From contig JBIIAX010000005.1 of NCBI GenBank assembly GCA_044239675.1, forward strand, positions 125,024-189,023: 64,000 bases of DNA, read 5' to 3'. Source of the DNA: Caulobacter sp. GTDB lineage: Bacteria > Pseudomonadota > Alphaproteobacteria > Caulobacterales > Caulobacteraceae. The notes beneath the pieces were generated by a model. It was not told the DNA's origin. It did not search any database and saw only the letters and a program-made list of their open reading frames with translations. The first letter of the stretch is position 1. Each line of letters starts with the position of its first letter. The translations under genes were made by a program, and so were the position numbers. Shown piece by piece: positions 17,144 to 26,431 of this stretch.

Positions 17144-18782
17144 AGACGGCCTCCTTGAAGGGGACGGCGCCAGCCCGGCGGTAGGTGTCGAGGAAGCGCT
17201 CGCCGTCCTGGCGGATGGCCAGATAGATCTCGACGATGCGATCGACGGCGTCGGCCACCTGGTCTGCCGGCAGGGCCGGGCCGAGGATCTTGGCCAGCGA
17301 GGCGTCTTCCGCCCCCGAGCCGCCGAGGCTGAGCTGATAGAATTCCTCGCCCTTCTTGTCGACGCCGAGCACGCCGATATGGCCGACGTGGTGGTGGCCG
17401 CAGGCGTTGATGCAGCCGCTGATCTTGATCTTCAGCTCGCCGATGGTCTCGGCGCGGTCGGCGTCGGCGAAGCGGTCCTGGATCGACTGGGCGACCGGAA
17501 TGGCCCGCGCATTGGCCAGGGCGCAGTAGTCGAGGCCCGGGCAGGCGATGATGTCGCTGATCAGGTTGATGTTGGAGGTGGCCAGACCCACCGCCTGCAG
17601 CCCCCGATGCACGGCCGGAACATCGTCCAGCGCCACATGGGGCAGGACCAGGTTCTGTTCGTGGGTGACGCGGATATCGCCGAGGCCATAGCGTTCGGCG
17701 AGGGCCGCGACGGCGTCCATCTGGTCGGCGCTGGCGTCCCCGGGGGTGGCGCCCGGAGCCTTCAGCGAGATCTCGACAATGGCGTAGCCGGCCTGTTTGT
17801 GGGCCTTCACATTGTTGCGGACGAACCGGGCGAAGGCGCGGTTGGCGGCGGTCTCGGCCTCGAAGATGTCGGAGCGCGGCGGCAGGACCTGGAAGTTGAC
17901 CGGGGCGAAACTGCCGCGGATGCGGGCCAGTTCGGTGTCCGGCAGGTCGGCGCCTTCGCCCACCTTGGCCCACTCCTCCTCGACCTGCCGGGCGAACTCG
18001 GCGGCGCCCAGGCTGGAGACCAGGATCTTGATGCGGGCCTTGTAGATGTTGTCCCGCCGGCCGTGGCGGTTGTAGACCCGCAGGACGGAGTCCAGGTAGC
18101 TGATCAGGCGGCTGGCCGGCAGGAAGGGCTTGATGGTCGGACCGACGTAGGGGGTGCGTCCCTGGCCGCCGCCGACGATGACCTCGAAGCCGAGGTCGCC
18201 ATCGGGCCCGCGCTTGACGATCAGGCCGATGTCATGGACCCGGGCGGCGGTGCGGTCGCTGGCCGAGGCGGTGACGGCGATCTTGAACTTGCGCGGCAGG
18301 TAGCTGAATTCCGGATGCAGGGTCGACCACTGGCGGATGACCTCCGACCAGACGCGCGGGTCATCGACCTCCTGGGCCGTGGCGCCGGCATAGGGATCGC
18401 TGGTGACGTTACGGATGCAGTTGCCGCTGGTCTGGATGGCGTGCAGGTCGACGGACGCCAGATGTTCGAGGATGTCCGGCGCATCGCCCAGCTTGACCCA
18501 GTTGAACTGGATGTTCTGGCGGGTGGTGAAGTGGCCATAGCCCTTGTCCCAGGTGCGGGCGATGTGGGCGAAGGCGCGTAGCTGGGCGGGATTGAGCGAC
18601 CCATAGGGAACCGCGACCCGCAGCATATAGGCGTGCAGTTGCAGATAGAGGCCGTTCATCAGCCGCAACGGCTTGAACTGGTCTTCGGTCATGTCGCCGG
18701 AGAGGCGACGGACGACCTGGCCGCGGAACTCGGCGGCGCGGTCCTCGAGAAATTCCCGATCGATGATGTCGTAGCGGTACAT
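17127..18782 (-). CDS. cysI: Sulfite reductase hemoprotein (nitrite/sulfite reductase family)
   Basis: FTTRQNIQ, SGNCIRN, LPRKFKIA, ACPGLDYC and SGCINACG siroheme/Fe-S ligands. Confidence 0.93.
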   Translation of the reverse strand: MYRYDIIDREFLEDRAAEFRGQVVRRLSGDMTEDQFKPLRLMNGLYLQLHAYMLRVAVPYGSLNPAQLRAFAHIARTWDKGYGHFTTRQNIQFNWVKLGDAPDILEHLASVDLHAIQTSGNCIRNVTSDPYAGATAQEVDDPRVWSEVIRQWSTLHPEFSYLPRKFKIAVTASASDRTAARVHDIGLIVKRGPDGDLGFEVIVGGGQGRTPYVGPTIKPFLPASRLISYLDSVLRVYNRHGRRDNIYKARIKILVSSLGAAEFARQVEEEWAKVGEGADLPDTELARIRGSFAPVNFQVLPPRSDIFEAETAANRAFARFVRNNVKAHKQAGYAIVEISLKAPGATPGDASADQMDAVAALAERYGLGDIRVTHEQNLVLPHVALDDVPAVHRGLQAVGLATSNINLISDIIACPGLDYCALANARAIPVAQSIQDRFADADRAETIGELKIKISGCINACGHHHVGHIGVLGVDKKGEEFYQLSLGGSGAEDASLAKILGPALPADQVADAVDRIVEIYLAIRQDGERFLDTYRRAGAVPFKEAVYADAH

Positions 18783-18787
18783 GCGGG

Positions 18788-19165
18788 CTACTTCCTGCGG
18801 ATCAGATCGACGCGGCCCGTCGAGCGGGCGGCGCCGGTGGCGGCCTGCAGGGCGGCGATGGCGGCGCCGCCTTCCGCCTGCTTGCCGTGGGTCGGTTCGT
18901 TGGTGGGGCCCAGCGCGCGGATGCGCTCGCGGTAGCTGACGGGCGCCAGGCCGGCGGGGCCTTGCGTCAGGTCGATCAGATAGGGCTCGACGATGACGGT
19001 GGGCTGGGTCTTGGCGACGGCCACGGCGTCCTCGCCGGCGGCGGCGTCGTCATCGGAAAACAGCTGGGCGTCGGCGAACCGCTCGACCCACTGGCCGGCC
19101 TTCCAGAAGACGACTTCGCCATCGATCAGACGGTTGGCGGTGAGGGCTTTGATGGATGACGTCAT
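18788..19165 (-). CDS. DUF2849 family protein
   Basis: KALTANRLIDGEVVF and RERIRALGPT motifs; standard position upstream of cysI. Confidence 0.85.
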   Translation of the reverse strand: MTSSIKALTANRLIDGEVVFWKAGQWVERFADAQLFSDDDAAAGEDAVAVAKTQPTVIVEPYLIDLTQGPAGLAPVSYRERIRALGPTNEPTHGKQAEGGAAIAALQAATGAARSTGRVDLIRRK

Positions 19166-19168
19166 GAT

Positions 19169-19996
19169 CTAATTCCTCCCCCTCTGGGGGAGGAATTGAG
19201 GAGGTGTCGACTCTTGAGCCAGAGCCATCGCCTCCCCCACCATCAGCAGGGCGGGCCCGCTCAGGCCTTCCGCCGTCTCGGCGAGGCGGCCAAGCGTCGT
19301 GGGCAGGCGTTGTTCGTCGGGGCGGCTGGCGTTGAGGACGATCAGGGCCGGGGTGCTCGCGTCGCGGCCGGCGGCGATCATTCGCCCCGAGACCAGACCG
19401 GCGGTGGTCAGGCCCATATAGATAACCACGGTCTGGTTGGCGCGGGCGAGGCTGGCCCAGTCGAGGTCGGGCTCGCCATGGGCGGCGTGGCCGGTGACGA
19501 AGGTGACCGACTGGGCGGAGCCGCGATGGGTCAGGGGCGCGCCGGCCGAGGCGGCGGCGGCCAGGGCGGCGGTGACGCCGGGGACGACATGGACGGTGAC
19601 GCCGGCGGCGCGGCAGGCGGCCAGCTCCTCGCCGCCCCGGCCGAAGATGAAGGGATCGCCGCCCTTGAGGCGGACCACGGTCAGCCCTTGCGTCGCCAGC
19701 GCGACCATCAGCTGGTTGATGTCGTCCTGCGGCAGGGTGTGGCGGCTCTTGCGCTTGGCCACATCGATCAGCCGGGCGCCGCTGGGGGCGAGGTCGAGGA
19801 TCTCCGCCGAGACCAGGCCGTCATGGACGATGACGTCGGCCTGGCCGATCACCCGGGCGGCCTTGACGGTCAGCAGATCGGGATCGCCAGGACCGGCGCC
19901 GACCAGCCACACCGCTCCGGGGACGGCCGCTCCGGTCGGGCGGTCGAGGACCACCAGGCGGCGGTTTTGCGGAGGCGGGCGGGTAGGCCGGGACAT
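19169..19996 (-). CDS. cobA: Uroporphyrinogen-III C-methyltransferase (siroheme synthesis)
   Basis: LVGAGPGDPDLLT, VRLKGGDPFIFGRGGEE and VPGVTAA motifs. Confidence 0.93.
   Translation of the reverse strand: MSRPTRPPPQNRRLVVLDRPTGAAVPGAVWLVGAGPGDPDLLTVKAARVIGQADVIVHDGLVSAEILDLAPSGARLIDVAKRKSRHTLPQDDINQLMVALATQGLTVVRLKGGDPFIFGRGGEELAACRAAGVTVHVVPGVTAALAAAASAGAPLTHRGSAQSVTFVTGHAAHGEPDLDWASLARANQTVVIYMGLTTAGLVSGRMIAAGRDASTPALIVLNASRPDEQRLPTTLGRLAETAEGLSGPALLMVGEAMALAQESTPPQFLPQRGRN
19171..19197. repeat. Perfect 12-bp-arm hairpin inside the last codons of cobA, covering the downstream Shine-Dalgarno
   Basis: AATTCCTCCCCC-TCT-GGGGGAGGAATT read directly. Confidence 0.8.
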
Positions 19997-20170
19997 GGCG
20001 CGATAGCTTCTCTATAAGGACAAATCAGAGACGGGACGGATCCATCAGGACCCGCCCCGCCCGATGTCCGTTGGCGAAAGGGCCATAACGCCAGCGGACC
20101 CTTGCTAACTGGGCTCGGCTAGACCACTTCGCAAACTAGGACTTCTGCCGGGGCGTTCAGGAAAACTAGG

Positions 20171-21130
20171 ATGGAGAAACCCGCCGATCACCGGCGCAGA
20201 TTGCCGCCGCTGAACGCCCTGCGCGCGTTCGAGGCGGCCGCGCGCCACCTCAACTTCAGCCGCGCCGCCGAGGAGCTGTCGGTAACGCCGGGCGCGGTGT
20301 CGCAGCAGATCCAGAATCTCGAGGACTATGTCGGGGCGGCGCTGTTCAAGCGCACGCCCAAGGGCCTGCTGCTGACCGACGCGGCCCAGACCGCCCTGCC
20401 CGCCCTGCGCGAGGCCTTCGACCGGCTGGCCGAGGCGGCCAGCCTGCTGACCGCCGCCGTCGACGGCCGGCGCCTGACCCTGACCGCCGCGCCGTCCTTC
20501 GCCGCCAAATGGCTGGTGCCGCGGCTGGGCAAGTTCGAGGCCAAGCATCCCCTGGTCGACGTCTGGCTGTCGGCCGGGATGGAGGTGGTCGACTTCGCCA
20601 GCAACGAGATCGACCTGGCCATCCGCTACGGCGGCGGGCGCTATCCGGGGCTGGAGGTCATCCGGCTGATGAGCGAGACGGTGATTCCCGTGGTCAGCCC
20701 CGGGCTGCTCAACGAAAATCCGCTGAACGATCCTTCCGACCTGACCCACCATGTGCTTCTGCACGACGGCAGCCCAGACGCGGACGACAGCTGTCCCGAC
20801 TGGGCGATGTGGCTGGCGGCGCGGGGGATCAAGGGCGTCGACGGCGCGCGGGGCCCGCGCTTCAATCAGTCCAGCCTTGTCATCGAGGCGGCGGTGGGCG
20901 GACGGGGCGTGGCCCTGGCCAAGCGGACCCTGGCCCAGGCGGACCTGGACGCCGGCCGGCTGGTGACGCCATTGCACATCGCCACGGCCGTCGACTTCGC
21001 CTATTACGTCGTCCATCCCAAGACCAAGGGACGACTGCCGCAGGTCAAGGCTTTCGTCTCCTGGCTGATGGAGGAAGCCGCCGCCCACGAAGCGGCCCTC
21101 CAGACCCTCGACAACGGTGCAGGTATCTAG
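20171..21130 (+). CDS. gcvA: LysR family regulator, GcvA-like
   Basis: LPPLNALRAFEAAARHLNFSRAAEELSVTPGAVSQQI, AAPSFAAKWLVPRL and DLAIRYG motifs. The symbol denotes the subfamily only. Confidence 0.8.
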   Translation: MEKPADHRRRLPPLNALRAFEAAARHLNFSRAAEELSVTPGAVSQQIQNLEDYVGAALFKRTPKGLLLTDAAQTALPALREAFDRLAEAASLLTAAVDGRRLTLTAAPSFAAKWLVPRLGKFEAKHPLVDVWLSAGMEVVDFASNEIDLAIRYGGGRYPGLEVIRLMSETVIPVVSPGLLNENPLNDPSDLTHHVLLHDGSPDADDSCPDWAMWLAARGIKGVDGARGPRFNQSSLVIEAAVGGRGVALAKRTLAQADLDAGRLVTPLHIATAVDFAYYVVHPKTKGRLPQVKAFVSWLMEEAAAHEAALQTLDNGAGI

Positions 21131-21138
21131 AGTCAAGA

Positions 21139-21471
21139 ATGCCCAAAGACGGAAATGTGCGGGTCGACGATCGCGTCGCCCCGATCGACTGCACGACGAT
21201 GGCCGAGGTCCGGGTGGGCGTCGATGCGCTGGATCGGGCGCTGGTCCTGCTGCTGGCCGAGCGCCAATGCTATATGGACGCCGCCGCCCGCATCAAGCCG
21301 CACCGGGGCGTGGTCCGCGATGTGCCGCGCATCGAGGATGTGGTGGCCAAGGTGAAGGTGGCGGCCACCCAGGCGGGCCTGTCCCACGCCATCGCCGAGC
21401 CGGTCTGGCGCACCCTGGTCGACCGCTGCATCGCCTATGAGTATTCGGCCTGGGACAGATCCCGGACCTAG
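21139..21471 (+). CDS. Chorismate mutase type 2 / isochorismate-pyruvate lyase-like
   Basis: CTTMAEVRVGVDALDRALVLLLAER...AARIK...VRDVPRIEDV motif. Confidence 0.85.
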   Translation: MPKDGNVRVDDRVAPIDCTTMAEVRVGVDALDRALVLLLAERQCYMDAAARIKPHRGVVRDVPRIEDVVAKVKVAATQAGLSHAIAEPVWRTLVDRCIAYEYSAWDRSRT

Positions 21472-21505
21472 CCCCCGGCAACGGTCGGCCGGGGCCCGGC
21501 CGCAC

Positions 21506-21847
21506 CTAGCCCTTCAGCGACTTGAGCATCTGTTCGTGCTGATAGGCGGCGACGTCCATCAAGGCGGCGTCCAGGGCCGCGTGAACCGCCGGCAGCACCC
21601 CGGCGCCCTCGACCTCGGCACGCTCACAGACCTGGCCCAGGGCATGGGCCCCGATCCCTCGGGCCGCGCCCTTCAAGGTATGGGCCGCGTCCCGCCAGCC
21701 GGGACTGCCCGGATCGAGCATCCGCGACCAGATGGCGGCCTGTTCGCGGAACAGATTCAGCACCTCCTCGACGACCCCGGCGTCGCCTGCCGCGAAGCCC
21801 TCAAGATAAGGAAAATCCACGGCTCCGGTGATGTCTCGTCTGGCCAA
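21506..21847 (-). CDS. shpA: Stand-alone Hpt phosphotransferase, ShpA-like
   Basis: AAHTLKGAARGIGA Hpt motif; N-terminus MARRDITGAVDF matches my recollection of Caulobacter ShpA. Confidence 0.7.
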   Translation of the reverse strand: MARRDITGAVDFPYLEGFAAGDAGVVEEVLNLFREQAAIWSRMLDPGSPGWRDAAHTLKGAARGIGAHALGQVCERAEVEGAGVLPAVHAALDAALMDVAAYQHEQMLKSLKG

Positions 21848-21923
21848 GAATACCGCCTTGCGTCCTGCGTTTTTTCAACTATGTTCCGCGCCCTTGCCAC
21901 CGGGTCCGCCCGGAGCAGGATGT

Positions 21924-21999
<76 letters not shown>

Positions 22000-22465
22000 T
22001 CCTACGGTAACGACGCCTGATTGGGCCGCCACGACAAAGCGAACAATCTTGACATGGTGACGGACAAAGTCCCGGTCCGCGACACGCACCCTCTGCCGCT
22101 AAGACTATGACTCCCTCCGCAGACCTTCGCTGGTCTTGAAACACTTGCCTTTGGAATTCTCTGGACTGGCGAAATTTCGACCGGTTGCGCCGCGACCTGC
22201 TGAAATCTCCGTCGGCCGGCGCGCTGCCCGTCCACAACTGCACCGCCCCGCCGACGACACAGAATCGACCGGCCTGGCGACTTTTCGACCCCGGGCCGTC
22301 TCCGGTCGGGCGGGTTCGCAAATTGCCAGGGCAGTTGGGCCGTCGTTTGCCCCTATGGGGCCCGCGCGGCCGTTCGGGGTTTGACATATTGGCCGTGGCG
22401 GTGGATCGACTGCGGCGTCGCGGGCGGTCTATCGTCGGTGATAGACGCAGCGTCCCGGGGGCCCT

Positions 22466-23560
22466 TTGCCGTTCACGATTCACAGTCCGGCCCGCGGCTC
22501 AGCCCTGGCGATCCTGGCCGCGATGGCAGTGATTTCGGCCGGGGCCTTCCTGTCTGGGTGCTCAAGCGTCCAGCCGCAGGTCGCCCTGCCCAGCGCCAGC
22601 GATGAGGCGCTCCGGCAGGAGGCGGCCTTCGAGGCGGATGCGTCCCTGGAGCGGCTTCAGGAGCAGGAAGCCCGGGTCGCCGCCGTCGCCTTCCGGCTGA
22701 CCACGGCCAATGTCGACCTCTGTCCGCAGAAAGGCCCGCGGACCGGTCTGGTGCTGCATGACGCGCTTCAGTACGGGGACGGAATCCGGCCCTATGTCCT
22801 GCGCCGCTTTGGCATGGCCGGCTTTGCCGGGGTCCTGGCCGTGGCCCCGGACAGCCCCGCCGCCCGGGCCGGCGTCCAGCCGGGCGACGCCCTGGTCGCG
22901 GTCAATGGCGGGCGCCTTCCGGAAAGTCCGGTCCCGGAGACCGACAACCGATCCGCCTCCAACCGCGCAAAAGCCAAGACCCAGGAACAGCTCGACGCCG
23001 CTTTCGCCCGAGGCCCGGTCAGGCTGACCCTCCGCCGAGCCGGACAGGACCGGGTCGTCACCGTCGCTCCCGTGCCCGGGTGCGCCTATGATTTCCAGCT
23101 CGATCCGGACAAGGACCTCAGCGCATCAGCCAACGGCAAGACCGTCTTCATCACCACGGCCATGGTCCTCTACGCCGCCAGCGACGACGACCTCGCCATC
23201 CTGCTGGGGCATGAGATGGCCCACAACGTCATGCAGCACCAGTCGCGGATCGCCACCGGGGGCCTGGCCGGCAAGGTCCTGGGCAACATCGGCACGACGC
23301 CCGGCAGCCTGCTGACGACCGAGCGGGAGGCGGACTATGTCGGCCTCTATCTGACCGCCAGGGCCGGCTATGATTTCGGCCGGGCGCAGCAGTTCTGGCG
23401 CCGCTACGGGGCCGATGACGCCAACGCCAGGGACGGTGGCTGGAGCCATCCCGGGTCGCTCGAGCGGTCGACCGTCCTGGGCGCCGCCGCCCGGGAAATC
23501 GAGGGCAAGAAGGCCCGCGGAGAGCCGCTGGTCCCGACCCCGTCCGGAGGCCGGCCATGA
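22466..23560 (+). CDS. M48 family zinc metalloprotease with PDZ domain, lipoprotein
   Basis: Lipobox FLSGC; PDZ motif DSPAARAGVQPGDALVAVNG; HEMAH and EREADYVG; start uncertain (TTG 22466 or ATG 22523). Confidence 0.85.
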   Translation: MPFTIHSPARGSALAILAAMAVISAGAFLSGCSSVQPQVALPSASDEALRQEAAFEADASLERLQEQEARVAAVAFRLTTANVDLCPQKGPRTGLVLHDALQYGDGIRPYVLRRFGMAGFAGVLAVAPDSPAARAGVQPGDALVAVNGGRLPESPVPETDNRSASNRAKAKTQEQLDAAFARGPVRLTLRRAGQDRVVTVAPVPGCAYDFQLDPDKDLSASANGKTVFITTAMVLYAASDDDLAILLGHEMAHNVMQHQSRIATGGLAGKVLGNIGTTPGSLLTTEREADYVGLYLTARAGYDFGRAQQFWRRYGADDANARDGGWSHPGSLERSTVLGAAAREIEGKKARGEPLVPTPSGGRP

Positions 23561-25605
23561 GCATGCCGGAGTCGGCGCCAAAGCGTTCTGGCGGCTTTTT
23601 CAACGCGATGTTCCACGGCCCGGCGGTGACGGCCGAACATCTGGTCTATCGGCCGGATATCGACGGCCTGCGGACCATCGCGGTCGGCTCGGTGGTGCTC
23701 TATCACGCCTTCCCAACCCTGGTGACCGGCGGGTTCATCGGCGTCGACGTCTTCTTCGTCATCTCCGGCTACCTGATCACCTCGATCATCCAGAAGCAGG
23801 CGCTCGGTGGGACCTTCTCGCTGGCGAAATTCTACGAGCGGCGCGTGCGGCGCATCCTGCCGGCGCTGCTCGCCCTGCTGGTCGCGGTGATCGTTGTCGC
23901 CCTGCTGGTCTCGCCGCCCAGCGACGTGCGGGAGATGGCCAAGGGCCTGGCGGGCGCGGCCACCTTCACCTCCAACATCGTCTTCTGGAAGGAGACGGGG
24001 TATTTCGCGCCGGACGCCCACGACGCCCCGCTGTTGCATACCTGGTCCCTGGCGGTGGAAGAGCAGTTCTACCTGACCTGGCCGCTGCTGATCGCCGTCG
24101 TCGTTCGCCGCAGGCCGCTGGCCTGGATCGCCGCGATCGCCGTCGTGTCTTTCGGCCTGAGCGTCTATGACGTCGCCCACCATCCGACGTCAGCCTTCTA
24201 TCTGCCGCAGGATCGCGCCTGGGAATTGCTGGCCGGGGCCGCCCTGGTCTTCCTGCCCCGGATCCGCCTGCCGGCCTGGGCGGCCCAGATCGGCGGCCTG
24301 GTGGGCCTGGCCTGCCTTCTTCTGCCCGCCCTCCTCTACACAGCCAGGACCGACTTTCCCGGACTGGCCGCCCTGCCGGTCTGCCTCGGCACCGCCCTGC
24401 TGATCCAGATCGGCCGCGATCAGCAGACCTTGGCCAATCGCCTCCTGTCGACCCGACCCTTCGTCGGCATAGGCCGCGTTTCCTATTCCCTCTACCTCTG
24501 GCATTGGCCGGTCCTGGTCTACGGCAAGCTGCTGCTGGACCGCCCTCTGACCACGCCCGAGGCTGTCGTGGCGGTCGGTCTGGCCCTCACCCTGGCCGTG
24601 CTGTCGTGGAAATTCCTGGAAGAGCCGGCGCGCACCGCCCCGGCCTCAACCCGCAAGGTTCTGGTCCTGGCGGTGATCGCCTTGCTGGCCACGGCCTTGG
24701 TCGCCGTCGGGCTGTTCGTCTCGCGAGGGCTGCCGGCGCGAGCCTCTGAAGCCGCCCGCATCGCCGATGCCGGCCTTCGCGACACCAACCCCTATCGCGA
24801 CCGCTGCGTGGCGGGATCAAGCCAGTCGACCCCGATCAGCAACTGTCGGTTCGGGTCCGGCGGGCCTCGCTGGACCATCTGGGGGGATTCTCACGCCGAT
24901 GCGGTGGCGCCTGGCCTGTTCCTCAAGGATCGTCCCGAGATCGGCGAGGTGCGGGAAATCGCCAAACACTCCTGTGTCCCCATTCTCGACCTGACGGCGT
25001 TCAAGACCTCCGAGGCCTGCCACGCCTTCAACAGGGCCGCGCTGAAGGCGCTGGCGGTAGACAAGCCCGACACCCTGGTCATCGCTGGACGCTGGGGCGT
25101 CATGCTGCGCCCGGTGTTCGCCGAATACATGGCCAAGGGTGGAGAGCCGGATCCGAAGGTTGCCGAAACCTTCCGCCGCGACGCCAGGCGGACCCTGCAG
25201 GCGGCGCGGGCCGCGGTTGGACCGCAAACCCGCATACTGCTCATCGGTCCGATTCCGGAAGCCCTGTATTCCGTGCCCAAGTGCCGGGCGCGCGCCGAAT
25301 TTACCCATCAGTCGGCCGATCGGCTCTGCCCCGCAATTTCCAGGGCCGATTTCGATCGTTGGGCAGGGCCGGTTGACGCCGCCCTGCGCGACGCCGCCAA
25401 GGCCGCCGACGTAATCTACCTGCCCGCGGCGCCCTATCTATGCGATGCGGTGCAGTGCTCGACGACACAGCAGGGCGCGCCGCGCTATTTCGACGACCAT
25501 CATCTAAGCGGCGCGGGCGCGACCCTGTTGATCGACCGGATTCTCAAGGGCCTGGATAGCGGCGACGCGCCCGTCAGCCGGCCGGAGCCGGCGCCGAAAG
25601 ATTGA
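23557..25605 (+). CDS. Acyltransferase-3 fused to SGNH domain (OafA-like O-acyltransferase)
   Basis: YRPDIDGLR, GVDVFFVISGYLIT, HTWSLAVEEQFY and SYSLYLWHWP motifs; C-terminal GDSHA and DDHHLS SGNH blocks. Confidence 0.92.
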   Translation: MSMPESAPKRSGGFFNAMFHGPAVTAEHLVYRPDIDGLRTIAVGSVVLYHAFPTLVTGGFIGVDVFFVISGYLITSIIQKQALGGTFSLAKFYERRVRRILPALLALLVAVIVVALLVSPPSDVREMAKGLAGAATFTSNIVFWKETGYFAPDAHDAPLLHTWSLAVEEQFYLTWPLLIAVVVRRRPLAWIAAIAVVSFGLSVYDVAHHPTSAFYLPQDRAWELLAGAALVFLPRIRLPAWAAQIGGLVGLACLLLPALLYTARTDFPGLAALPVCLGTALLIQIGRDQQTLANRLLSTRPFVGIGRVSYSLYLWHWPVLVYGKLLLDRPLTTPEAVVAVGLALTLAVLSWKFLEEPARTAPASTRKVLVLAVIALLATALVAVGLFVSRGLPARASEAARIADAGLRDTNPYRDRCVAGSSQSTPISNCRFGSGGPRWTIWGDSHADAVAPGLFLKDRPEIGEVREIAKHSCVPILDLTAFKTSEACHAFNRAALKALAVDKPDTLVIAGRWGVMLRPVFAEYMAKGGEPDPKVAETFRRDARRTLQAARAAVGPQTRILLIGPIPEALYSVPKCRARAEFTHQSADRLCPAISRADFDRWAGPVDAALRDAAKAADVIYLPAAPYLCDAVQCSTTQQGAPRYFDDHHLSGAGATLLIDRILKGLDSGDAPVSRPEPAPKD

Positions 25606-26125
25606 TGCGGCGACCATCGGGGAGCTCGAGTTCCCCGGGCTTCATCCCCTTGGGGCAGTCGCCTTCGCGTATCGCATCGATCGTGGCCGTGTGGGAGCCG
25701 TTGAGACTATCCTGAGCCGCCCCCCTCACGTCGGTGTCGGCCGTCACCTGGTAGCTGCGCTGGAAATCGCCCACCGCACGCCCCTGGGTATTCACCTGTC
25801 CGCCGCCGTCGATCACGCAGGCGGATTCAAACGTCCAGGATCCGTCGGCCTGACGCTCGACCTTGTTCTTCGAGCAGTTGACGCTCTCCGGCGGGCTCCA
25901 CCAGGCCAGCTTCCGATCGGTGACCGCATCAAGACAGACCTTGACGCTCTGCAGCGCGTCCGAGCCGTCCATGACCATGGTCTGGGTCCAGAGGCCGGGG
26001 GTCCGCTGCGGCAGGCTGGCCGGCGCGACCGGGTCCGGCGCGGCGTCCGGTTCCGGCTCCTGCTTGCAGCCCGCCACGGAAATGAGGCCGATGGTGGCGA
26101 AAAGGAGCAGCATCGTCTTATTCAC
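25574..26125 (-). CDS. DUF3617-like lipoprotein
   Basis: Lipobox VAGC; RTPGLW, paired Cys and terminal REGDCPKGMKPG pattern. Confidence 0.7.
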   Translation of the reverse strand: MNKTMLLLFATIGLISVAGCKQEPEPDAAPDPVAPASLPQRTPGLWTQTMVMDGSDALQSVKVCLDAVTDRKLAWWSPPESVNCSKNKVERQADGSWTFESACVIDGGGQVNTQGRAVGDFQRSYQVTADTDVRGAAQDSLNGSHTATIDAIREGDCPKGMKPGELELPDGRRINLSAPAPAG

Positions 26126-26201
26126 AGCCGTGGTCCCCCAGCATTGGCCCGCCTCAAACGGCGGGGATCATCAGGTCAGACGAGAGGCCGCAACAGGCCT
26201 C

Positions 26202-26380
26202 TAGAGCGCGTCAGGGTTAAGTGTAAGCGGTTAACCCGCCCGACGCGCTCTAAACGTTTGATTTAGAGCCCTTTTTAACGGGTTAGATGATTCCATCTAA
26301 CCCTAAAGGGCTCTAGGGTCAGGCGAAATCGCCCGCCCCGCCTGACGCGGCTCCATCCTTGCAGTTTAGAGCGCGTCAGG
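26202..26380. repeat. Cluster of three palindromic CIR/REP-like elements with TAGAGC...GCTCTA ends
   Basis: 26202-26252 TAGAGCGCGTC...GACGCGCTCTA; 26264-26315 TAGAGCCCTTT...AAAGGGCTCTA with GATTC at the apex; 26341-26380 CCTGACGCG...CGCGTCAGG. Confidence 0.8.
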
Positions 26381-26431
26381 CCGACAAACGCCAGTCCCTG
26401 GCGTCGGAAGCACTCGAAGCTCGTCCCCCGG

